64,000 nt of DNA from Chloroflexota bacterium (GTDB lineage Bacteria > Chloroflexota > Limnocylindria > Limnocylindrales > CSP1-4), in the NCBI GenBank assembly GCA_003171065.1, contig PMXQ01000080.1, positions 7,948 through 71,947 on the forward strand, given 5' to 3'. The position numbers and the translations under genes were made by a program. Of the stretch, positions 30,419 to 39,310 are shown one piece after another (the stretch's first letter is position 1; every line of letters starts with the position of its first letter). The notes beneath the pieces are model-generated. The model saw nothing but the letters and a program-made list of their open reading frames with translations, made no database searches and had not been told where the DNA came from.

Positions 30419-31702
30419 TCAAAACGCGACGAACGAGGTAACCAGCAGCACCGCCGAGAGCACCACGAGCAGGGCCGTACCGGCCCAGCCGATCGCCGAC
30501 AGGAAGCGCCCGCTCACGAGCGGCCCCATCAGCTGACGATCCGACGCCAGGCGCATGACGAAGACCAGGACGAACGGCAGCAGCAGGCAGTTGACCACCT
30601 GGGCCGTGAACATCACCTGAACGAGCATGCGCGCCGGTACGAGCAAGATGAAGACGGCGGCGAACGCGACGAAGAAGATCATCAGGCCGTAAAAGGCGGG
30701 TGCCTCGCGCAGGCGCCAGTCCACCCCTGTCTCCCAGCCGAACGCTTCGCAGGTGGCGTAGGCACTGGTTAGCGGTACGACGCCGAGGCCCAGGAACGAC
30801 GCAGCGAGCAGTCCCACGGCGAACAGCACCTCTGCGCCCGAGCCGGCCAGCGGCTTGAGCGCGCCCGCGATCTGTGAGACGGCATCCGGAGAAGTGGTGT
30901 CGATCTGGATTCCCGCGGAGTACACGGCCGCGGCGCAGGCAACGACGATGAAGGCCGCGATCAGGTTCGTGAGGAACGCGCCCAGTCCCACGTCCAGCCG
31001 CTCGCCGAGGAGATCCTCGGCACCGAGGCGCTTGTCGGCGACATAGGACTGGATGAAGGCCTGGCCCCAGGGCGTGATCGTAGTTCCGACCGTGGCCACG
31101 ACCGTGACCCAGTAAGCGGGCGAGGAAGCGAGGTCTGGAATGACCAGCGAGCGCGCGGCGTGGCCCCAATCGGGGTGCGCAAGGACCGCGGAGATGAAAT
31201 AGGCGAGGGAGACGCCGATCCCCACCACCACGAACAGATACTGGACGCGGCGGTACGAGCCCCGGGTCAGAAGCAGCACGACGACAGTTGCGGCGAGCAG
31301 CGCGCTCATCCAGGTCGGTACGCCGAAAAGCCCCAGGGCCGCGCCGCAGCCGGCGAACTCGGCCACGATGGAGCCGATGTTTGCCACCAGCATGGCGCTG
31401 ATCATGAAAGCGGCCCAGCGCACTCCGAAGCGCTCGCGGACGAGCCCTGCCAGGCCCTGACCGGTCGCAAGTCCGAGCCGCGCGCCGACTTCCTGCGTGA
31501 AGAAGAGCACGATCTGGCTCGCCAGCAGCACCCACAGCAGCTCGTAGCCGTACTTTGCGCCGGCCACCGAGTAGGTGGAAATGCCGCCCGCGTCGTTGTC
31601 GGCGAAGCCGCTAACGAGCCCCGGGCCCAGGACGCCGAGGATCGCGGCCAGGCGGACGCGATTGACCGCGCGAGGGGTGAGAGACAGGACGGGGCCCCTC
31701 AC
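30419..31702 (-). CDS. Nramp-related transporter with NRMT-type (Mg2+-type) binding-site substitutions
   Basis: Nramp architecture, but TM1 reads GFADNDAGGISTY where DPGN is canonical. TM6 reads VGTTITPWGQAF where MPH is canonical. That gives Asn->Gly and Met->Thr at the metal site. The start overlaps the upstream stop (GTGA). Confidence 0.8.
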   Translation of the reverse strand: MRGPVLSLTPRAVNRVRLAAILGVLGPGLVSGFADNDAGGISTYSVAGAKYGYELLWVLLASQIVLFFTQEVGARLGLATGQGLAGLVRERFGVRWAAFMISAMLVANIGSIVAEFAGCGAALGLFGVPTWMSALLAATVVVLLLTRGSYRRVQYLFVVVGIGVSLAYFISAVLAHPDWGHAARSLVIPDLASSPAYWVTVVATVGTTITPWGQAFIQSYVADKRLGAEDLLGERLDVGLGAFLTNLIAAFIVVACAAAVYSAGIQIDTTSPDAVSQIAGALKPLAGSGAEVLFAVGLLAASFLGLGVVPLTSAYATCEAFGWETGVDWRLREAPAFYGLMIFFVAFAAVFILLVPARMLVQVMFTAQVVNCLLLPFVLVFVMRLASDRQLMGPLVSGRFLSAIGWAGTALLVVLSAVLLVTSFVAF

Positions 31703-32976
31703 CGGTCCGGGGTTCCGGAGGTGCGACCGAAGATGCGCGGCATCCTGATCTTCGCCGGATGCGGTAGCAGCGTGTCGATGGCGTCGTCGACGGTGACGAT
31801 CCCCTCCAGGCGGCCGTCGGCGTCCACCACCGGCACCGCCAGCAGGTTGTAGCGGGCCACGACGTCGGTGACCTCCTCCTCGCTGGCATCGGTGTGGACC
31901 GCCACCGGCTCGTCGTACATGAAGGTGGAGATGCGGGCGTTCGGCTTCGCGACGATCAGGTCCCGCAGGGACAGGACGCCGACGAGCTTGGCGTCATCGT
32001 CCGTGACATACACGTAGTAGATCGTCTCGGCGTTGGGCTCGAGCTCGCGCAGGCGGTCGATCGTCTCGGCCGCGGTCAGGCTGGCCGGCACGGCCACGAA
32101 TTCAGTCGTCATGATGCCGCCGGCCGTGTCCTCGGCGTAGGTCATGAGTTCCTGGACTTCCGCCGCCTCCTCCTTCTCCATGAGGCCCAGGATCTCCTCG
32201 CGGCTCTCCTCCGAGAGGTCCGCCACCAGGTCCGCGGCTTCGTCCGGATCCATCTCCTCGAGGATGTCGGCCGCGCGGGCGGGCTCGAGATCTTCCAGGA
32301 TGTCGACCTGGGTCTCGGGTTCCATCTCGCCGATCGCGTCCGCCGCCGCCTCGTCGTCGAGAGAGGTGATGACGCCGACGCGGTCGCTGCGGCTGAGCTG
32401 GTCGATGATCGTCGCCAGGTCCGCCGGGTGGAGCTCGGCCAGGCCTTTGTGGGGGACGCGCAGCTTCACGCTGGCGATCGTCCGTTCCACCGGATCGACG
32501 TCCTCCCAGTCGATGTACCGCTCCGGAACCTCGCGGCGCAGACCGTGGGCGAGAGTCCGCCAGGGCCCCTCGATGCCGAGCCGGCGAAGCAAGCCGGAGG
32601 CGCCTACGTCCACGGCGACCAGATGCAGCGCGCCTTCGACCTCATCGAGTCGGAGGTCGTTGACGCGGACCACCTTGCGGCCGTCGATGTCGACGATCTG
32701 GCGGTCCATCAGGTCCCGCTTGAGGCGGATCTCGTTGGGCCGCTGGTGGAACTTGCTGATGTCGATCGCGGTCGTCCGCAGCGTAGCGCCGCCCGCGTCC
32801 AGGGACGCTACCGACTGCCAGTGAAGGAAGATCTCCCGGCCATTGGTCCTGACGACGATGCCGGTCACGGGTGGATACCGATCGCCGATGGCGACGATCA
32901 GGTCGGCAACGGTTCCGATCGGCTCGCCCAGCCCGTCGCGCACGGGCCGGCCGATCGCCTGGCTCAGATAGAGCAT
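31699..32976 (-). CDS. Soluble MgtE-like regulatory protein: PRC-barrel-like N-terminus, MgtE N-domain and CBS pair, with no membrane domain
   Basis: DDEAAADAIGEMEPETQVDILEDLEPARAADILEEMDPDEAADLVADL is the acidic MgtE_N helical repeat, followed by CBS-like TTEFVAVPASL...LLAVPVVDADGRLEGIVTVDDAID. The ORF ends without any TM segment. Confidence 0.8.
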   Translation of the reverse strand: MLYLSQAIGRPVRDGLGEPIGTVADLIVAIGDRYPPVTGIVVRTNGREIFLHWQSVASLDAGGATLRTTAIDISKFHQRPNEIRLKRDLMDRQIVDIDGRKVVRVNDLRLDEVEGALHLVAVDVGASGLLRRLGIEGPWRTLAHGLRREVPERYIDWEDVDPVERTIASVKLRVPHKGLAELHPADLATIIDQLSRSDRVGVITSLDDEAAADAIGEMEPETQVDILEDLEPARAADILEEMDPDEAADLVADLSEESREEILGLMEKEEAAEVQELMTYAEDTAGGIMTTEFVAVPASLTAAETIDRLRELEPNAETIYYVYVTDDDAKLVGVLSLRDLIVAKPNARISTFMYDEPVAVHTDASEEEVTDVVARYNLLAVPVVDADGRLEGIVTVDDAIDTLLPHPAKIRMPRIFGRTSGTPDR

Positions 32977-33054
32977 GTGCCACCTCGACGGCGGGTCCGG
33001 CCCGCCTGTGGGTGGCGCGCGCCGCGGTGGCGCGAACCGCTTAGGGGGCGAAAC

Positions 33055-33180
33055 GGACCAGAGAGCTGATGTCGGCGCCCCGGGCGCCGCAGGTACTGGG
33101 TCCGGTCTCCACTGAGGGAGAGATCCTCCGAAAGCGTGTTGGGGCTGGCCGGGAGGCGCAGTAGCGTGCCCCTCCGACCA
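33055..33180 (-). ncRNA. Candidate M-box (ykoK-type Mg2+) riboswitch aptamer in the leader of the MgtE-N/NRMT operon
   Basis: The minus-strand RNA starts GGUCGGAGGGGCACGCUACUGCGCC, compared with M-box GUUAGGUGAGGCU...ACGCUGCUGCCC. It has an internal CCAACA and ends GACAUCAGCUCUCUGGUCC, compared with ...AAAGCUCUAC. The two ends can form a P1 helix of about 10 bp. Downstream, CCACC boxes could pair with the GAGGUGG Shine-Dalgarno. The comparison is by hand against the B. subtilis sequence as I remember it. Confidence 0.45.
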
Positions 33181-33260
33181 CAGGGGAGTTTAGTCCCGGG
33201 CGTGGGCGAGGGTCAACGCTGCCGAAGAACGCGGCGCCCGGAGTGAGAACGTAAGTACGA

Positions 33261-34760
33261 TTGCCGCCACGCGGGAGGTACCCGCACCATGTGGGGGTGC
33301 GAAACGTCCGTTTGCGGCATCCTTTCAACGCGAGCACGTGGTTTCGCTCTCACGGCGATGGCAGTTCGCCCCGGCTCGGCGAGCGGTCGATCACGCTCAC
33401 CTGGACGCTGCTTTCGATCGCAATCGCGCTCCTTCTTGGACAGGTCGTGGTCGGATTCCTGGTGGGTCGAAACAGCATCGCCGATCTCGCCCTGGCAATC
33501 GCGACTGCGCTGCTCGTGGCCTCGGCCGTCTTGAATGCCCGGGCTTCGGGCATTCTTGTGGAGAGGCGCCACTCCGAGGCCGAGAGCTTCGGCCGGCTGC
33601 TCCAGGCTCTGTCGCGGTCCGTGTCGCCGAACGCGGTCATCGAGGCCATCGTCCACGAGCTCGGCTCCGCGACTCGGGCGGACCACGTGGCTGTGGTGCA
33701 GAAGCGACGCGGCGGCACCGTCCTGGACGTGAGCTTCGTCTCGATGCTGGCCGGATCGCCGGCCTCGAACACCGCCATGCCCATTCGGCAGATGGAGCCC
33801 GTCGAGACGCGACGGTTGCGCACCGCGCCGCGGCCGGCGAGCGGTTCGGCGCTCGTCGCCGACGGATCGCGGCGTGGGAACGAAGGGCCGGACGACGCGT
33901 CGGCGAGTGGGCGCTCTCCGCACTGGCAGTCCCAGGCCGAGCGGCGCGATCCGACCGACGACGGCCTCCGGCGACGCGGCTGGCGGCCGCCGGAGTTCAT
34001 CGCTGCAGTCCAGGAGGACGGAGGGAACGCCCGCGACGTGGCCAACCAGATCGCCCACCAGTTGCGAGACGCCTACGGTCTTCGAAACACTCTGGCCGCA
34101 CCTCTTCTGGACGGCGAATCGATCGTGGGGGCGATCGTCCTGTCGCGCCGCACCAGCGAGCCCTGGACGGACGCCTCGGTCCGGCTGCTGAATAGCGCGG
34201 CCGGCGAGACCACGGCGGCGCTGGCACGGGTCTACTCGCAGCAAGCTGCCGAGGCGGAAGCGCGCACCGACCAGCTGACGCAGCTGCCGAACCGGCGCTA
34301 CTTCGACGAGTACTGCACCCTCGTGGCCAGCCGCCTGCGGGCGTCCGACCGGGTCGGGATCCTGGCCGTCGACGTCGACCATTTCAAGCGCGTCAACGAC
34401 ATGTACGGGCACCAGATCGGCGACCAGGTCCTTCGGGCGATCGGAGACGCAATCCAGATGTCGGTCCGCGAGGAGGATCTGCCGGCCCGCTATGGCGGCG
34501 AGGAATTCATGGTCCTGCTGTGGAACCCGAGCCCCGGCGTGGCGCTGGAGATCGGCGAGCGGATACGCACCACGGTGCGGGAGCTGGACCTCGTGGACGC
34601 GGGCGTGACGGATCGCGTCACCGTGTCGCTCGGAGTGGCGTCCGGGCTCGCTGCCGATGAGCCCATCTCGGAGATCGTGGAGCGGGCGGATCGGGCGCTG
34701 TACGCGGCCAAGCGCACGGGCCGCGACCGGGTCGTGGAGGCCTGGCCTTCGGAGGGGTGA
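33261..34760 (+). CDS. Membrane-anchored GAF-GGDEF diguanylate cyclase
   Basis: Two N-terminal TM segments and a GAF-like middle region. The GGDEF domain has VDVDHFKRVNDMYGHQIGDQVL and an RYGGEEFMVLL active site. The exact start is uncertain. Confidence 0.85.
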   Translation: MPPRGRYPHHVGVRNVRLRHPFNASTWFRSHGDGSSPRLGERSITLTWTLLSIAIALLLGQVVVGFLVGRNSIADLALAIATALLVASAVLNARASGILVERRHSEAESFGRLLQALSRSVSPNAVIEAIVHELGSATRADHVAVVQKRRGGTVLDVSFVSMLAGSPASNTAMPIRQMEPVETRRLRTAPRPASGSALVADGSRRGNEGPDDASASGRSPHWQSQAERRDPTDDGLRRRGWRPPEFIAAVQEDGGNARDVANQIAHQLRDAYGLRNTLAAPLLDGESIVGAIVLSRRTSEPWTDASVRLLNSAAGETTAALARVYSQQAAEAEARTDQLTQLPNRRYFDEYCTLVASRLRASDRVGILAVDVDHFKRVNDMYGHQIGDQVLRAIGDAIQMSVREEDLPARYGGEEFMVLLWNPSPGVALEIGERIRTTVRELDLVDAGVTDRVTVSLGVASGLAADEPISEIVERADRALYAAKRTGRDRVVEAWPSEG

Positions 34761-34788
34761 TCCGGCCCGCCGGGGCTACCATTCGGGC

Positions 34789-36681
34789 GTGGATCCTTCG
34801 CCCTCAGTCGAGCCTTCGCCCTCAGTCGAGCCTTCGCCCTCAGTCGAGCCTTCGCGGGCAGCCCTATCGAACGCCGAGCTGGCACGTGTCTTCCACGAGA
34901 TCGGAGACATGCTCGAGGTCAAGGGCGAGCTCGTCTTCAAGACCGTGGCCTACCACAGGGCCGCCGACGCGATCGCCCACTCGCCCGTGGAGGTTTCGCG
35001 CGCCTACCTGGACGGCCGGCCGCCGCGGATCCCGGGCGTCGGCGAGGCGATCGCGAAGAAGATCGAAGAGCTGGCCCGAACCGGCCGGCTGGCCTTCTAC
35101 GAGAAGCTGCGCGAGGAGGTGCCGCCGAGCCTGGTGGCGCTGCTGGAGATCCCCGGCGTCGGGCCTCGGACCGTGAAGCAACTCCACGAAGAGCTGGGCG
35201 TCGAAACCCTGGAGGATCTCCGGCGGGCGGCGGAAGCGGGCGCTTTGCGGTCCCTGAAGGGGATGTCTCAGAGGACGGAGGAGCAGGTCCTGGCCGGCAT
35301 CGCGGCCCTGGAGACGCGCCAGGAGCGGATGCGTCTGGGCGGGGCCGAGGCGTTCCTGGAGACGCTGCTGGCCGAGCTCAGGGACGTGCCGGGTGTGCGA
35401 TCGCTGCAGCCGGCCGGCTCGTTCAGGCGCCGCCGCGAGACGATCGGGGACCTCGACCTGCTGGCGGAGACGGACCGCCCGCTCGACCTGGTCGAACGCT
35501 TCACCTCGCTCGGATCGATCGAGTCGGTGTTGGCGAAGGGGCCTCACAAGGCAGCTGTGCGTCTGCTGCGCGGGCCCCAGGTGGACTTGATGATCATGCC
35601 GCCCGGGGAGGCGGGCACGTACCTCATCCACTTCACGGGGTCCAAGGAGCACAACGTCCGGCTGCGCGGGATGGCTCGCGACCGCGGCTGGAGCCTTTCG
35701 GAGAAGGGCTACCTGAGGCTCGACGAAGAGGGTGAGCCGGCGGTGGGGCCGGCCGGCGAGGCGGCCGAGCTTCGAACCTTTGCGACGGAAGTCGAGGCGT
35801 ACGGTTTCCTCGGCCTGCCGTTCATCGAGCCCGAGCTGCGCGAGGACCGGGGCGAAATCGAGGCCGCTCTGGCGGGGACGCTGCCCGTGCTGGTTGCGCA
35901 GGCCGATCTGCGCGGCGATTGCCACAGCCACTCCGACTGGTCCGACGGGGTGCACGCGATCGAACAGATGGCGCTGGAGGCGCGGCGCCGCGGGTACTCC
36001 TACCTGGCCCTGACCGACCACACGGTCAGCCTGGCGATCGCCCGCGGCCTGAACCTCGAGCGGGTGGAGCGGCAGCGGCGGATTGTGGCCGCTCTCAACG
36101 AGCGGTTCGCCCGCGAGGAATCCGAAGGAACGGCTCCCCCCGAAACCTCGGCCGAGGGCTTCCGGCTGCTGCACGGCTGCGAGCTCGAGGTCCGCGCCGA
36201 CGCCACGCTCGACTATCCGGACGAGCTGCTGGCTCGTTACGACCTGGTCGTCGCCTCGGTCCACGTCGCCCGGCGCCAGACGCGCGAACAGCTGACCGCC
36301 CGAACCCTGGCCGCGATCCGGAACCCCAACGTCGACATCATCGCCCACCCGGCCGGGCGCTACATCGGCAGTCGCGACGACCTCGATCTCGACTGGGATG
36401 CCGTCTTCGCAGAGGCGGCCCGGACCGGCACAGCCCTGGAGCTGAACGGCTCGGACGAACGGCTCGACCTCTCGGACGTGCGGGCCCGCCGAGCCTCCGA
36501 GTTCGGCTGCGTCTTCACGATCGACTCGGACGCCCACCGGACCGAGGAGCTCGACAACGTCCGCTGGGGCACCGCCATGGCCCGCCGCGCCTGGCTCGGC
36601 CCCGACCCGGTGATGAACACCCGCTCCCGAGCAGCGCTCATGGAATGGGTGGCAGCGAAGCCGGGGCGGCTGCAGCCATGA
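34789..36681 (+). CDS. polX: Family X DNA polymerase with C-terminal PHP domain (PolX)
   Basis: LSNAELARVFHEIGDMLEVKGELVFKTVAYHRAADAI (HhH/8-kDa domain), a pol-beta-like core, and the PHP motif DLRGDCHSHSDWSDG. The start is tentatively GTG 34789, after the upstream stop at 34760. A start downstream of the repeat is also possible. Confidence 0.85.
   Translation: MDPSPSVEPSPSVEPSPSVEPSRAALSNAELARVFHEIGDMLEVKGELVFKTVAYHRAADAIAHSPVEVSRAYLDGRPPRIPGVGEAIAKKIEELARTGRLAFYEKLREEVPPSLVALLEIPGVGPRTVKQLHEELGVETLEDLRRAAEAGALRSLKGMSQRTEEQVLAGIAALETRQERMRLGGAEAFLETLLAELRDVPGVRSLQPAGSFRRRRETIGDLDLLAETDRPLDLVERFTSLGSIESVLAKGPHKAAVRLLRGPQVDLMIMPPGEAGTYLIHFTGSKEHNVRLRGMARDRGWSLSEKGYLRLDEEGEPAVGPAGEAAELRTFATEVEAYGFLGLPFIEPELREDRGEIEAALAGTLPVLVAQADLRGDCHSHSDWSDGVHAIEQMALEARRRGYSYLALTDHTVSLAIARGLNLERVERQRRIVAALNERFAREESEGTAPPETSAEGFRLLHGCELEVRADATLDYPDELLARYDLVVASVHVARRQTREQLTARTLAAIRNPNVDIIAHPAGRYIGSRDDLDLDWDAVFAEAARTGTALELNGSDERLDLSDVRARRASEFGCVFTIDSDAHRTEELDNVRWGTAMARRAWLGPDPVMNTRSRAALMEWVAAKPGRLQP
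34796..34856 (+). repeat. 18-bp perfect tandem repeat, 3 copies plus a partial one (CCTTCGCCCTCAGTCGAG)
   Basis: Read directly from the sequence. It is in frame with the PolX ORF and encodes (PSPSVE)x3. Confidence 0.95.
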
Positions 36682-37568
36682 CCGCGCGAACGCTCCGGCT
36701 TGGGCTCGGCCCGGAGACCCGTTCCGTGCCGCCGATCCAGTCGGTCACGTACCATGCCCAGATGCAGCAACGCAATGGAGCCCGCGAGCTCGGGCTGATC
36801 ATCGCCACGCTGACGGTTGTCAGCCGGTTCGTCACGGATGCGCCTCTGTGGGTTGCGACGGGGCTGGCGGCGATCGCGGCAGCCGCCGGCACTGCGAGCC
36901 TCCTGGGCGAGGTTCGGCCGTGGCGCTGGCCGCTGGATCGTGTCTCTCTCCCCGCCATGGCAGCGTTCGTGTCGGTGGGTGTGGCCCGCCTCGGCGACCC
37001 GGTACCGTGGCTGGCCGTCGCCTTCGCCGGCTCGTGGGCGGTAACCTCGTGGGTTGTTTCGATCGAGACGGCGACGGGCACGGTGGGCGGAAAGCCCGGG
37101 TCGGTCGCGCCCGACGGCACTCACGCTCGACCAACCGCCGCGCGTCTCGGAGCCTTCGGGCTGGCGTTTCTGGGTTTCGCCGCGATTGGCGGCATCGTGC
37201 CCGGTGGCGTAGCCGGCGACGGGCGGCCGCTATCCGTGGCGGCGTTCGTGGCCACCATCGTGCTGGACGTGGCCATCGGCGGGCTGGCGGGCTACCGCAT
37301 CGCGGCTGTGCGGCCCCACACCCCGCGTCAGGCGGCCGTGGCCTTCTACCAGTACTCGATGGTCGTGGCTCCGGTCGGTGTCCTGGTCCGGGTGTTGGCC
37401 CTGCCGCGGCTGTTTGGACCGGCGGTCCTGGTGCTGGCCACATATCTCGTAACGTCGCTGCGCGAGTCCGACGAGCCAGTGCGCTTCAACCTCCGGCTGC
37501 TCGAGGAGACGGCAGTGCTCATTCTCGCCGGGGTGGCCGTGGTGGTTCTCGGTCTGGTCGTGAAGTAG
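36678..37568 (+). CDS. Hypothetical multi-pass membrane protein
   Basis: ATG overlaps the polX stop (ATGA). The protein has 6-7 hydrophobic segments (LIIATLTVVSRF..., WLAVAFAGSWAVTSWVV..., AVLILAGVAVVVLGLVV). No recognisable family. Confidence 0.55.
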   Translation: MTARTLRLGLGPETRSVPPIQSVTYHAQMQQRNGARELGLIIATLTVVSRFVTDAPLWVATGLAAIAAAAGTASLLGEVRPWRWPLDRVSLPAMAAFVSVGVARLGDPVPWLAVAFAGSWAVTSWVVSIETATGTVGGKPGSVAPDGTHARPTAARLGAFGLAFLGFAAIGGIVPGGVAGDGRPLSVAAFVATIVLDVAIGGLAGYRIAAVRPHTPRQAAVAFYQYSMVVAPVGVLVRVLALPRLFGPAVLVLATYLVTSLRESDEPVRFNLRLLEETAVLILAGVAVVVLGLVVK

Positions 37569-37583
37569 GGGAGCCGGCCACCC

Positions 37584-37648
37584 GGCGCCACGCCCCGGCG
37601 CCACGCCCCGGCGCCACGCCCCGGCGCCACGCCCCCGGCGCCACGCCC
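37584..37648. repeat. 13-bp tandem repeat GGCGCCACGCCCC x5 (one unit is 14 bp), intergenic
   Basis: Read directly from the sequence. It begins 16 nt after the stop of 36678..37568. Confidence 0.95.
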
Positions 37649-38166
37649 GTGCGCGGCGGGCCTGCGGCGCCGATGCTGCTGTCACGTGATCAGACATGTG
37701 ACCGCCACCCGCGACGTGACCCCGGCGCCCGAGGGGGGCTCGCTGCCGGCGATCGTCGAGGCCGACGACGTGGTCGAGGCGCCGGGTCGACCTGAACATC
37801 GACGTGGAGGGTTGCGCGCCTCGATTCGGCCGGTTCTTGCCGATTTCCCATGACGACGACATCTGGCAAACGAATCCGCCGACCAACGGGTCAGGGTTTG
37901 GCTTGAGCCCGGCGCGGCCTGTCCGAAGCCACCGGCTCGGAGCCGCGCCACGCTCGATTCGGGCCACGCAGGCCGGCGCACAGACCCGTTGGGCGGAGAC
38001 ATCGGCCACGGGCTTTGCCGAATGTCGCCCCGATGTGAATCAGGAAATCCTGGACCACGGACGCCGCCGCCACGGACCCAGAGGCCGCCCTCGACCGACT
38101 CGCGTTGACAGGGTCGGCGATGGATGCTAGAAAGCATGGTCCGGGCGGGGCAATTCCCGTCGGAAT

Positions 38167-39123
38167 ATGTGTGCCTCCCGCGAGGCGGCGTCCCCGCCGT
38201 CTCGCAGCCCATCGCAGCACGGCTCATCGCCGCGCGTCGGTCTGGCGCAGTTGACGAAAGGAACCTCATCCTTGGTTTTCCCCGAGGTCGAAAAGGGCAC
38301 CGGCGGTAACGCCGTTCGGATCAAGCGCCAGCTGTGTGAGCTGGCGATAGCCCATGCATCGGACGGGCACTGGGCGGAGGCCGCGGATACCAACCGCAAG
38401 ATCATCGAGATGGGCGCCGACGCCGAGGCCGAGAATCGCCTGGCCAAAGCCCTGTGGGAACTCGGAGAGCTCGGTGAGGCGCGCGAGCACTACCAGATCG
38501 CCCTCGCCCTGGATCCGACCAACCGAATCGCCGAGCGCAACATCGAGCGCCTGAGGGTGCTGATGAGCGAGGCCGGCGACAAGACCGTGGCCGCGGAGAA
38601 GGCAGGCAAGGCGCCCGTCGCCATCTTCGTCGAGGAGACCGGCAAGACCGGCTTCGCGATGCTCACGGACCTGGCCGCGCCGCGCACCCTCGCCCACGTG
38701 AACCCGGGCGACGCCGTGGATCTCCTCCCGGACGGCAATCGGCTCTACGCCGTGGCCAACGGAACTCGCATCGGGATCGTCGAGCCGCGCGTCGCCGCCC
38801 GCCTGCTCAAACTGCTCGCCGACGGCAACAAGTACTCGGCCGGGATCACCTCGCTGGGCGACCGCGACGTCCGCATCGTGATCCGCGAGATCTTCCAGGA
38901 CCCGCGCAACTACGGCAAGGTCAGCTTCCCCACCGCGGCCCGCTCGACGGATCTGCGGCCCTACACCAAGGGCACGCTCCTGCGCGAGGAAGAGCTGATG
39001 GAGGAGGAGCTCGAGGACGACGAGGAGGACGAGGAGATCGAAGATCTCGATCGAGTCCTGCCCGCCCAGGTCACCGGCGACGAGGCCTTCGAAGAGGAGC
39101 CCGACGAGCTCGAAGAGCCGTAG
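38167..39123 (+). CDS. TPR-repeat protein with a strongly acidic C-terminal tail
   Basis: TPR-like AEAENRLAKALWELGELGEAREHYQIALALDPTNRIAERNIERL. The C-terminus is EELMEEELEDDEEDEEIEDLD...EEEPDELEEP. The start is uncertain, with TTG 38251 and 38272 as alternatives. Confidence 0.6.
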   Translation: MCASREAASPPSRSPSQHGSSPRVGLAQLTKGTSSLVFPEVEKGTGGNAVRIKRQLCELAIAHASDGHWAEAADTNRKIIEMGADAEAENRLAKALWELGELGEAREHYQIALALDPTNRIAERNIERLRVLMSEAGDKTVAAEKAGKAPVAIFVEETGKTGFAMLTDLAAPRTLAHVNPGDAVDLLPDGNRLYAVANGTRIGIVEPRVAARLLKLLADGNKYSAGITSLGDRDVRIVIREIFQDPRNYGKVSFPTAARSTDLRPYTKGTLLREEELMEEELEDDEEDEEIEDLDRVLPAQVTGDEAFEEEPDELEEP

Positions 39124-39261
39124 GCCGAACTTCGCGCAACGGACGGCGTAGGCCCGCTGCAGGACCGACCGGCCGAAGGCTCGCCGTGGGCCTGGCGTGG
39201 GACTGACCGCCGAGGGCCGAGCGGCCGTCCACGACCGACGGAGCCCGACCGTCTGACCTCC

Positions 39262-39310
39262 CGACCCCGACGACCGCCGACCCCCGACGACCGCCGACCC
39301 CCGACAACCA
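39262..39310. repeat. 17-bp tandem repeat CGACCGCCGACCCCCGA x2 with degenerate flanking copies
   Basis: Read directly from the sequence, in the intergenic region upstream of the 966-aa ORF. Confidence 0.9.

Noticed and set aside
34864-36537. 557-aa minus-strand ORF opposite polX
   Set aside because: It is antisense to an ORF with unambiguous PolX and PHP motifs, and its product has no motifs.
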